From contig JAYZQJ010000122.1 in assembly GCA_036149055.1 (NCBI GenBank), forward strand, positions 1 through 21,688: 21,688 bases of DNA. Reading direction: 5' to 3'. Below are positions 7,874-14,943 of the stretch, one piece after another. The translations under genes were made by a program, and so were the position numbers. Position 1 is the first letter of the stretch. Every line of letters begins with the position of its first letter. Under the pieces are notes generated by a model, which was not told the origin of the DNA, searched no databases, and saw only the letters and a program-made list of their open reading frames with translations. The stretch comes from Myxococcota bacterium. GTDB lineage: Bacteria > Myxococcota_A > Polyangia > Polyangiales > Sandaracinaceae.

Positions 7874-8983
7874 TCAGCTGAGGCCGAGCCGGAGGAGCAG
7901 GCTGGCCGCGAAGGCGAGCGCGCCGGCGCCGGCGGTGAGGAAGGCGAGGTGCCGGGGGCGCACGAAGGAGGACGAGGCCGGTCTCGCAGCCGCGGCGCGC
8001 CACACCACCGTCGCCGCGCCCTCGTCGGCGCCGACCTCGTCCTCGACCTCGTAGGGCCGGGCCGCCGAGAGCCGCGGGAGATCGATCTCGGTCTGGGTCA
8101 CCTCGAGGCTGCGGCGGAGCTCCGTCGCGATCGCCTCGAGCCGGCCGGCCACCGCGCCGGCGTCGCGCGGCCGCTCGGCGGGATCCTTCTCCAGGAGCGC
8201 GGCGACCAGGAGGTCCAGCTCCGCCGGGACCGGCGCCCACGGGGCGGCCTGGCGAAGGCGGGGCGCCGGGCGCGTCACCTGGGCGCGGAGCGTCTCCAGC
8301 GGGTCGCCGGTCTTGAAGGGCGGCTCGCCGACGATCATCTCGAACAGCAGGAGCCCGAGCGCGTAGAGATCGGTGGTCGGGCCCAGCGGCTTCCGGGTCG
8401 CGGCCTCGGGGCTCATGTAGACCGGGGTGCCGAGCACCCGGTTGACCCCGGTGAGCGGCTCCCACTCGTCCTCGTCGTCGAGCAGCTTCGCGATGCCGAA
8501 GTCGAGCACCTTCACCGTGCCGTCCTCGCAGAGGAAGACGTTGGCCGGCTTGAGGTCGCGGTGCAGCACGCCGGCCTCGTGGGCGGCGCGCAGCCCCTTG
8601 GCGACGTCGGCGGCGATCCGCAGCGCCTCGAGGAGCGGCACCTGACCGCGATCCAGGCGCTCCAGGAGGCTCTCTCCCTCGAGCATCTCCATCGCGATGT
8701 AGTGCTCGCCGCCGTCCGAGCCGAAGTCGAAGAGGGTGACCACGTGCGGGCTCGTGATGCGCCCCGCCGCCCGCGCCTCGCGCGCGAAGCGAGCCGCGGT
8801 CACCGCGTCCGCGCGCCGCTCCGGCCGGATCACCTTGAGCGCCACCCGCCGGTCCAGCCCGAGCTGCGCGGCCACGTAGACCCGCCCGATGCCGCCCTGC
8901 CCGAGGAGCCCCAGGACCTGGTAGCGCCCGGCGACGGTGCGTCCGCTGAGGGTGTGCTGCCAGGGGGTCTGCGAGTCGTTCAT
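7874..8983 (-). CDS. Hanks-type Ser/Thr protein kinase with C-terminal membrane anchor and no ectodomain (369 aa)
   Basis: LGQGGIGRVY, VALKVI, FAREAR, LHRDLKPANVFL, DFGIAK, GTPVYMSPE, DLYALG; ends in hydrophobic HLAFLTAGAGALAFAASLLLRLGLS. Start set at ATG 8983 (AGGAGG just upstream) rather than GTG 9022, which overlaps the sigma54 motif. Confidence 0.95.
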   Translation of the reverse strand: MNDSQTPWQHTLSGRTVAGRYQVLGLLGQGGIGRVYVAAQLGLDRRVALKVIRPERRADAVTAARFAREARAAGRITSPHVVTLFDFGSDGGEHYIAMEMLEGESLLERLDRGQVPLLEALRIAADVAKGLRAAHEAGVLHRDLKPANVFLCEDGTVKVLDFGIAKLLDDEDEWEPLTGVNRVLGTPVYMSPEAATRKPLGPTTDLYALGLLLFEMIVGEPPFKTGDPLETLRAQVTRPAPRLRQAAPWAPVPAELDLLVAALLEKDPAERPRDAGAVAGRLEAIATELRRSLEVTQTEIDLPRLSAARPYEVEDEVGADEGAATVVWRAAAARPASSSFVRPRHLAFLTAGAGALAFAASLLLRLGLS

Positions 8984-9006
8984 GCGGCCTCCTGTCTCCG
9001 AGGACC

Positions 9007-9021
9007 GCAATGCTCGTGCCA
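9007..9021 (-). promoter_or_regulatory. sigma54 (-24/-12) promoter TGGCACG-AGCA-TTGC upstream of the kinase gene
   Basis: Minus strand reads TGGCACGAGCATTGCG, matching TGGCACG-N4-TTGC. Predicted TSS near 8995 gives the leader ACAGGAGGCCGC-ATG, which contains the RBS. Confidence 0.85.
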
Positions 9022-9168
9022 CACGCCACGTGGCGGTTTGCCGGCAGCCGGCCCCCTCGGTGGGGACCAGACCCCCCGGGCTCCGGCGCCTCCGACGCGT
9101 CAGGTGGCCAGCGAGCCAGCCAGGCGGCGGCCCTCTCTCCGGCGTGGCGGCCGGGGTGACCCCGCGGC

Positions 9169-11076
9169 ATGCTGCGCGCCGTGTCGGTCCTGGACGCCCA
9201 GCAGCTCACTCGCACGTACGGCGTTCGCACCGTGCTCGGCGGGGTCTCGCTCACCCTGACCGAGGCCGATCGGGTCGGGCTGGTGGGGGCCAACGGATCG
9301 GGGAAGTCGACGCTCGGGCGGATCCTCGCCGGGGTGGAGGAGCCGGACTCGGGGCAGGTGGTCTCGCGGCGCGACGCGCGGGTGGGCTACCTGCCGCAGG
9401 AGCCGGTCTTCGAGGGCGACCCGACCGCGCGGGAGGCGGCGCTCTCGGGGCTGACCCGGTGGATGGAGGCCAAGGAGGCGCACGACGCGATCAGCGCGAA
9501 GCTGGCCGTCGGGCAGGGCGACACCGAGGCGCTCCTCGAGCAGCAGGCGGAGGCTGGCGCGCGCATCGAGCAGCTCGGCGGCTGGGACCGCACCCACGCC
9601 GCGGAGGCGATGCTCGACAAGCTGGGCGTGCGCGACCACGGGCAGCGCGTGTCGTCGATGAGCGGCGGGGAGCGTCGCCGCGTCGACCTGGCGCGTCTGC
9701 TGGTCTCGCGGCCCGACGTGGCCATCCTCGACGAGCCGACCAACCACCTCGACGTCGACACGATCGAGTGGCTCGAGGGGCACCTCCAGCACGAGCAGCC
9801 GGGCGCGCTGCTCCTGATCACGCACGACCGCTTCTTCCTCGACCGGGTGGTGAAGCGCACCGCGGAGCTGTCGGGCGGAGAGCTGCGGATCTACGAGGGC
9901 GGCTACGAGGCCTACCTCGAGGCGAAGGCCGAGCGGGAGGCCTTCGAGCAGCGCGTGGAGAAGAACCGGCAGAACTTCCTGCGGCGCGAGCTCGACTGGC
10001 TGCGGCGGCAGGCCCCGGCCCGCACGAGCAAGCAGAAGGCGCGCACCGATCGCGCGAACGCCGCGCTCGCCCAGGACGGCCCGCGCTCGCGCAAGGACGT
10101 CGCGCTGCACGTCGAGACGGTCCGGACCGGCAAGACGGTGCTCGAGCTCGAAGAGCTGCGCCTCGAGGTGCCCGGGCGCACCCTGGTGGAGGGGTTGACC
10201 CTCACCCTCGCGCCGGGGGAGCGGGTCGGGATCGTCGGGCCCAACGGGAGCGGCAAGACCACCCTGCTCCGCGCGGTGCTCGGAGAGCACGAGCCGGCGG
10301 GCGGCAAGGTCACGCTCGGGCAGAACGCGCGCATCACCTACTTCGGGCAGGCGCGCGAGGGGCTCGACGAGGACGCGACGGTGCTCGAGAACGTGGCCGG
10401 CGGTCGGCAGCGGGTGACAGTCGGCGAGCGCACGATGGACGCGCGCGGCTACCTCGAGCGCTTCCTCTTCGACTACGAGCAGCAGGTGCAGCCGGTCCGG
10501 GTGCTGTCCGGCGGCGAGAAGGCGCGGTGTCTGCTGGCCAAGCTGCTGCTGACGCCCGCCAACTTGCTCATCCTCGACGAGCCGACCAACGACCTCGACG
10601 TGCCGACCCTGGCCGCGCTCGAGGAGATGCTGGTGGAGCTGAACGGGACCGCGCTGGTCGTCACCCACGACCGCTGGTTCCTCGACCGGGTGGCCACCGC
10701 GACGCTGGCGTTCGAGGGCGACGGTCGCGTGGTGCGATACCCCGGCGGCTACACGACCTACAAGGCGCTGCGCGGCGAGGAGGCCGCGCAGGTCGAGAAG
10801 GCCGAGAAGGTCGAGAAGAAGGAGCGCGCGCCGAAGCCCAAGAAGAAGGGGCTCACCTACGGCGAGCGGCTCGAGCTCGAGGGGATCATGGACGTGATCG
10901 CCGCGGCCGAGGAGAAGGTGGGCGCCCTCGAGACGCGCCTCGCCGACCCGGCCCTCTACGAGGGCGGCGGCGACGAGGCGGCGACGCTCTCGCGCGAGCT
11001 CGAGGCGGCGAAGGCGGAGCTCGACGCCAAGGTCGCGCGCTGGGAGGCGCTCGAGACCAAGAAGGCGATGGACTAG
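9169..11076 (+). CDS. uup: ABC-F family ATPase, Uup-like, with C-terminal coiled-coil domain
   Basis: Two ABC cassettes (GANGSGKST/MSGGE/LDEPTNHLD/THDR and GPNGSGKTT/LSGGE/LDEPTNDLD/THDR), linker ELDWLRRQAPARTSKQKAR, Uup-type tail KKKGLTYGERLELE...LADPALY...RWEALE, no TM domain. The start may be GTG 9181. Confidence 0.92.
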   Translation: MLRAVSVLDAQQLTRTYGVRTVLGGVSLTLTEADRVGLVGANGSGKSTLGRILAGVEEPDSGQVVSRRDARVGYLPQEPVFEGDPTAREAALSGLTRWMEAKEAHDAISAKLAVGQGDTEALLEQQAEAGARIEQLGGWDRTHAAEAMLDKLGVRDHGQRVSSMSGGERRRVDLARLLVSRPDVAILDEPTNHLDVDTIEWLEGHLQHEQPGALLLITHDRFFLDRVVKRTAELSGGELRIYEGGYEAYLEAKAEREAFEQRVEKNRQNFLRRELDWLRRQAPARTSKQKARTDRANAALAQDGPRSRKDVALHVETVRTGKTVLELEELRLEVPGRTLVEGLTLTLAPGERVGIVGPNGSGKTTLLRAVLGEHEPAGGKVTLGQNARITYFGQAREGLDEDATVLENVAGGRQRVTVGERTMDARGYLERFLFDYEQQVQPVRVLSGGEKARCLLAKLLLTPANLLILDEPTNDLDVPTLAALEEMLVELNGTALVVTHDRWFLDRVATATLAFEGDGRVVRYPGGYTTYKALRGEEAAQVEKAEKVEKKERAPKPKKKGLTYGERLELEGIMDVIAAAEEKVGALETRLADPALYEGGGDEAATLSRELEAAKAELDAKVARWEALETKKAMD

Positions 11077-11486
11077 AGGTTGCCCTCGAAGACCACCTGG
11101 ATGGTGACCTCGGCGCCGGTCTCGTCCTCGACGATCACCGCGCTCGGGGTGGTGTCGAGCACGTAGACGACCTTGTCGTCCGGCATGATGAGCTCGTCCT
11201 CGACGTCGATGTCGGTGGGCACGATGATGACGTCGCGCCCGCGCCGCCGCTGACGACGCACCCGGCGTCGCACCCGCGCGCGCGCTCGGCGCCGGGCTCG
11301 CCGCGCCCTCCGTCGCCACCGCCGCTCGCGCCGCCGCTGCCGCCGCTCTTGCCTCCGGTCGCGGCGCCGCTCGCGCCGCCGCTCGCCTCGTTGGGCCTCG
11401 GCGTCGTCGGGGAAGAACAGCGCGGCGAAGGCGGCGGCGAAGAGCCCGAGGGCCTCGCGTCGCCCGAGATCGTCGTGGTCGTCCAT
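11073..11486 (-). CDS. Small putative Tat-exported protein with a poly-arginine tract and an acidic beta-rich C-terminal domain (137 aa)
   Basis: MDDHDDLGRREALGLFAAAFAALFFPDDAEA|Q (twin-Arg, h-region, AxA). GC-rich third positions; the opposite-strand frame reads as a typical antisense shadow (LEDHLDGDLG...). Its stop overlaps the uup stop (CTAG at 11073-11076). Confidence 0.8.
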   Translation of the reverse strand: MDDHDDLGRREALGLFAAAFAALFFPDDAEAQRGERRRERRRDRRQERRQRRRERRWRRRARRARRRARARVRRRVRRQRRRGRDVIIVPTDIDVEDELIMPDDKVVYVLDTTPSAVIVEDETGAEVTIQVVFEGNL

Positions 11487-11586
11487 GGCTCCAGGGTAGC
11501 GGATGGCCGCGGCTTTTTTGAGGCCCGGCCCGAGGACGCCGAGAATCGGAATGCCCGCGCCGACCGCGGGCGTCGGAGGTGTCGTC

Positions 11587-12585
11587 GTGTCTCGCGTGTG
11601 GTCGATCGGGTTGTTGGTGTGGTCGCTCGGCTGCGGCGGCGCGCCTCCTCCTCCCGCCTCCCACGCCAGCGCGACCCCCCGCATCGAAGCGGAGGCGACC
11701 CCGCCCGCCCCGGACGCGGACGCGGACACCGACACGGACACGGACACGGCGCCGGACTCGGCTTCGGCCCCGGACCCGGACTCGGCATCGGACTCGGCTT
11801 CGGCTTCCGCTCCGTCATCGGACGAGGAGCCACCGAGTGAAGCCGCCGCTCCGACCTTCGCTCCCGCGGTGATCGAGAACGTGCGCGCCATCGCCGCCCG
11901 CCGCGCGCGCAACCCGGACGTGTTCATCAAGGTCGGCGACTCGGCCACCGTGAACCGGGCGTTCATGCAGTGCTTCTCGAACGACGACGAGGTGATGCTC
12001 GACGGCCGGGCCGAGCTCCGCCCGCTCATCGAGACCATTCGCGGGGCCCGGGCGCGCGGGACCGACTCCTTCCGACGCCAGAGCCGCGCGGCGGGCGTGG
12101 GCTGGAGCGTGTATCGGGTGCTCAGCGGGTCCTCGTCGGCGATCGCCGAGGAGGTGCGCGCGATGCAGCCGCGCTTCGCCCTCGTGATGTTCGGCGGCAA
12201 CGACGTCGAGACCGGGAGCCTGCGCCGCTACGAGAGCCGGATGGAGGAGCTGGTGTCCCGGCTCGAGCGCTGGGGCGTCATCCCGATCCTCTCGACCATC
12301 CCGCCGCGCAACGACGACCCGGAGGCCGACGCCCAGGTCCCGCGCTTCAACGCCGCGCTCCGCGCGCTCGCCGAGCGCCGTCACCTCCCGCTCGTCGACC
12401 TGCACGCGGTGATGGTGGAGCAGCCCGACCGCGGCCTCGCGTCCGACGGAGTGCACCCGAGCGCTCCGGTGCGGGACGGCCGCGCGCACGGCTGCGACCT
12501 GACGGAAGCGGGGCTCGCGCACGGTCAGAACGTGCGCAACCTGCTCAACCTCGAGATGATCGCCGCGCTCCGCTCCGTGCTGTAG
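11587..12585 (+). CDS. SGNH/GDSL hydrolase-family putative lipoprotein with low-complexity N-terminal linker (332 aa)
   Basis: KVGDSAT (block I), AAGVG (II), MFGGND (III), DGVHP (V). GTG 11587 follows GGAGGT with a 6-nt spacer; signal ...IGLLVWSLG|C is lipobox-like. Confidence 0.88.
   Translation: MSRVWSIGLLVWSLGCGGAPPPPASHASATPRIEAEATPPAPDADADTDTDTDTAPDSASAPDPDSASDSASASAPSSDEEPPSEAAAPTFAPAVIENVRAIAARRARNPDVFIKVGDSATVNRAFMQCFSNDDEVMLDGRAELRPLIETIRGARARGTDSFRRQSRAAGVGWSVYRVLSGSSSAIAEEVRAMQPRFALVMFGGNDVETGSLRRYESRMEELVSRLERWGVIPILSTIPPRNDDPEADAQVPRFNAALRALAERRHLPLVDLHAVMVEQPDRGLASDGVHPSAPVRDGRAHGCDLTEAGLAHGQNVRNLLNLEMIAALRSVL
11712..11810 (+). repeat. Degenerate 6-bp repeats encoding a DADADTDTDTDT / DSASAPDPDSASDSASASA linker
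   Basis: Iterated cggacg/cggaca/ccgaca and cggact/cggctt hexamers between the lipid anchor and the SGNH domain. Confidence 0.7.
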
Positions 12586-12614
12586 GTGGTGCTGTAGGTG
12601 CGGCGCTGTAGGCG
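12577..12614 (+). repeat. Three copies of G(T/C)GCTGTAGG(T/C)G spanning and duplicating the SGNH stop codon
   Basis: gtgctgtaggtg (12577-12588), gtgctgtaggtg (12589-12600), cg, gcgctgtaggcg (12603-12614). Confidence 0.8.
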
Positions 12615-12628
12615 CCGCGGACCCGCAT

Positions 12629-12657
12629 GAGGGCGGGCCCGCGTGGGGGCCGCCCTC
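12629..12657. terminator. GC-rich hairpin between convergent genes, possible bidirectional terminator
   Basis: GAGGGCGG (12629-12636) pairs with CCGCCCTC (12650-12657), with inner CCC/GGG pairs; no U-tract. Confidence 0.45.
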
Positions 12658-12664
12658 CGTGGGC

Positions 12665-13150
12665 TCAGACGCGGACCTCGCCGTGGTGGCCTTCGTTCGG
12701 CTTCACCTGCTCGCCCTTGGCGATCGACTTGGCGGCCTCGTACAGGTAGCTGACCTTCTTCAGCCCGCGCATGTCCCAGTACTCGCCGCGCTCGGCGCGG
12801 AAGCGCAGGACGACGAGGCTGGGGTCGTCCTCGCCCTCGGGGAACCAGGCCTTCATCGCCGGGCTCCAGAGGTCCTCGATCACCGCGCGGTCACGGACCA
12901 CCTGGCCGGTGCCGGTGATCGACACGAAGGCGTCCTTCGACTGCATCGTCACCGCCGCGCGCGCGTCCTTCTCGAGCTCGTCCATCTTGCCGCTGTCCTC
13001 GCTGGTCGCGAAGAACAGGTCGCCGTCGGCGCCTCGCTTCGCGACGTGCATCGGCCGGGCCCGCGGCGCCCCGTCGGCGTCCCGAGTGACGAGCATCGCG
13101 TCGTCGAAGGATTCGAGGAGCTCCTGAAATCGTTCTCTGTCGTTGCTCAT
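12665..13150 (-). CDS. Pyridoxamine 5'-phosphate oxidase-like FMN-binding split-barrel protein (general stress protein 26/YdaG-like), 161 aa
   Basis: AMLVT...RARPM...DLFFAT...SGKMDEL...FVSITG...LWSPAMKAWFPEGEDDPSLVVLRF.AERGEYWD. C-terminal part of ORF 12665..14842; purine-rich stretch upstream of ATG 13150. Confidence 0.9.
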   Translation of the reverse strand: MSNDRERFQELLESFDDAMLVTRDADGAPRARPMHVAKRGADGDLFFATSEDSGKMDELEKDARAAVTMQSKDAFVSITGTGQVVRDRAVIEDLWSPAMKAWFPEGEDDPSLVVLRFRAERGEYWDMRGLKKVSYLYEAAKSIAKGEQVKPNEGHHGEVRV

Positions 13151-13189
13151 GAGTCTCGCTTTCTTTCTTCCACCCCGGTCGAAGCGTGT

Positions 13190-13205
13190 TGCGAGACCCA
13201 CGCCA
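13190..13205 (-). promoter_or_regulatory. Candidate degenerate sigma54 promoter TGGCGTG-GGTC-TCGCA upstream of the stress-protein gene
   Basis: Correct GG-N10-GC spacing with TGGCRYR, but the -12 box is TCGC rather than TTGC; about 40 nt upstream of the ATG. Confidence 0.4.
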
Positions 13206-13333
13206 AGCGCTGCGCGGGCAGCCGGCGACCGCTCGACCGTGTCGTCGCTCATCGCGTGTGGCGCCCTCGCGCGCCCGCGCGTTGCCGAGAACGGGAAACG
13301 GCGTATCGTCGCGCCTCGGAGGCGAGTCACGAA

Positions 13334-14905
13334 ATGTCCGAGACCGATCTGCCCGTCACCCACCGCCGCCTGGCGGGGATGCTCTGCCCCCTCTTCTCCA
13401 TCCGCTCCGCGTCGGACTGGGGCGTGGGCGAGCTCCCGGACTTCACCCGCTTCGCCTCGCTGCTCGAGCGCTCGGGCATGCGGGTGCTGATGACGCTGCC
13501 GCTCCTGGAGCCCTCGCCCGGCCAGGAGAGCCCCTACTCGCCGATCTCCGCCTTCGCGCTCGACCCGCTCTACATCTCGCTGGACGCGGTGCCGGAGATG
13601 GAGGCGCTCGGCGGCCGCACGGCGCTGTCGACCGAAGACCGCGGCTGGCTGCGCGCCGCCCGGGGCGCGAGCGCGGTGCGGCACGACCTGGTGCGGCCGC
13701 TCAAGAAGCGGTGGCTGCAGCGCTGCTTCGCCGAGCTGCGCGAGCGCGGCGCGCCCGAGCGGCTCGCCGACCTCGAGCGCTTCCGCGCCGAGCACGCCCA
13801 CTGGCTCACCGACTACGCGCTCTTCCGCTGCCTCAAGGAGCACTACCCGCAGAGCTGGCGCGCGTGGCCCGAGCCGCTCCGCAGCAAGGACGAGGCGGCG
13901 GTCGCGTCGGTTCGCGCCGAGCACGCCGACGAGATCGCCTTCTACGAGTTCGTGCAGTGGCTCGCCTTCCGGCAGCTCGAGGAGGCGCGCGCCTCGCTGC
14001 GCTCGCTCGGCATCCACCTCGGCGGCGACGAGCCCTTCCTGGTCGCCGAGGACAGCGCCGACGTCTGGGGCAATCAGCACCTCTACCGCTTCGACGCCAC
14101 CGTCGGCGCGCCCCCGGACGCGTTCAGCGCCACTGGCCAGGACTGGGGGCTGCCGCCGTATCGCTGGGATCGCATCGCGGCCGAGGACTTCGCGCTCTTC
14201 CGCCGACGCGGCGAGCACGCGGCGCGGCTCTTCGACCTCGTGCGGATCGATCACGTGGTCGGCCTCTACCGCACCTACCACCGCCCCATCGATGGGTCCG
14301 AGCCCTACTTCGTGCCCGGCGCGGAGGGCGCGCAGCGGGCGCAGGGCGAGGCGGTCCTGAACGCCTTCGCCGAGGCGGGCGCGGCGCTGATCGCCGAGGA
14401 TCTCGGCGTCATCCCCGACTTCGTGCGGCACTCGCTCGAGCAGATGGGCGTGCCCGGCTTCCGGGTGCTCCGCTGGGAGGAGCGCGACGGCCGCTTCCGC
14501 CAGCCGGCCGAGTGGCCCGCGCTCAGCGTGGCCACCAACGGCACCCACGACACCGAGACCACCGCGGTGTGGTGGGAGGCGATGCCCGACCACCAGCGCG
14601 CGGCCATCCGGGAGATCCCCGGCCTCGGCGAGGTGCCGGAGGATCTGGCCGTCTCCTACAACCACCACGTGCACCGCGCGCTGCTCGAGTCGCTCTACGC
14701 GAGCCCGAGCCACCTCGCGCTCATCCCCGTGCAGGACGTCTTCGGCCTGCGCGAGCGGATCAACACGCCCAACACCGTCGGGCCGCAGAACTGGTCGTGG
14801 CGGCTGCCGTGGTCCCTCCACACGATGGACCGCGAGGATCACGTCGGCGGCGCGCTCGACGACCTCGGATCGCTCGCCCGCCGCACCGGTCGCCTCGGCC
14901 GCTGA
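13334..14905 (+). CDS. malQ: 4-alpha-glucanotransferase (amylomaltase, GH77), 523 aa
   Basis: GMLCPLFSIRS..DWGVGE, SPYSPISAFALDPLYI, DSADVW, GAPPDAFSATGQDWGLP, catalytic motifs RIDH / IAEDLG / GTHD, RINTP...NWSWR. GGAGG upstream of ATG 13334. Confidence 0.96.
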   Translation: MSETDLPVTHRRLAGMLCPLFSIRSASDWGVGELPDFTRFASLLERSGMRVLMTLPLLEPSPGQESPYSPISAFALDPLYISLDAVPEMEALGGRTALSTEDRGWLRAARGASAVRHDLVRPLKKRWLQRCFAELRERGAPERLADLERFRAEHAHWLTDYALFRCLKEHYPQSWRAWPEPLRSKDEAAVASVRAEHADEIAFYEFVQWLAFRQLEEARASLRSLGIHLGGDEPFLVAEDSADVWGNQHLYRFDATVGAPPDAFSATGQDWGLPPYRWDRIAAEDFALFRRRGEHAARLFDLVRIDHVVGLYRTYHRPIDGSEPYFVPGAEGAQRAQGEAVLNAFAEAGAALIAEDLGVIPDFVRHSLEQMGVPGFRVLRWEERDGRFRQPAEWPALSVATNGTHDTETTAVWWEAMPDHQRAAIREIPGLGEVPEDLAVSYNHHVHRALLESLYASPSHLALIPVQDVFGLRERINTPNTVGPQNWSWRLPWSLHTMDREDHVGGALDDLGSLARRTGRLGR

Positions 14906-14943
14906 CGCTGGCGCCCCCGGTCGGACTCTGATGTGATGGGGCG

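Noticed and set aside
8984..9022. GTG 9022 start for the membrane kinase
   Set aside because: Overlaps the sigma54 motif; ATG 8983 has a good RBS.
11487..12200. N-terminal 238 aa of the 375-aa minus ORF
   Set aside because: Antisense to the SGNH gene; the signal peptide starts at ATG 11486.
12659..14842. Apparent long overlapping ORFs 12659..14905 (+) and 12665..14842 (-)
   Set aside because: Each is one real gene plus the antisense shadow of the other; trimmed to malQ 13334-14905 and the stress protein 12665-13150.
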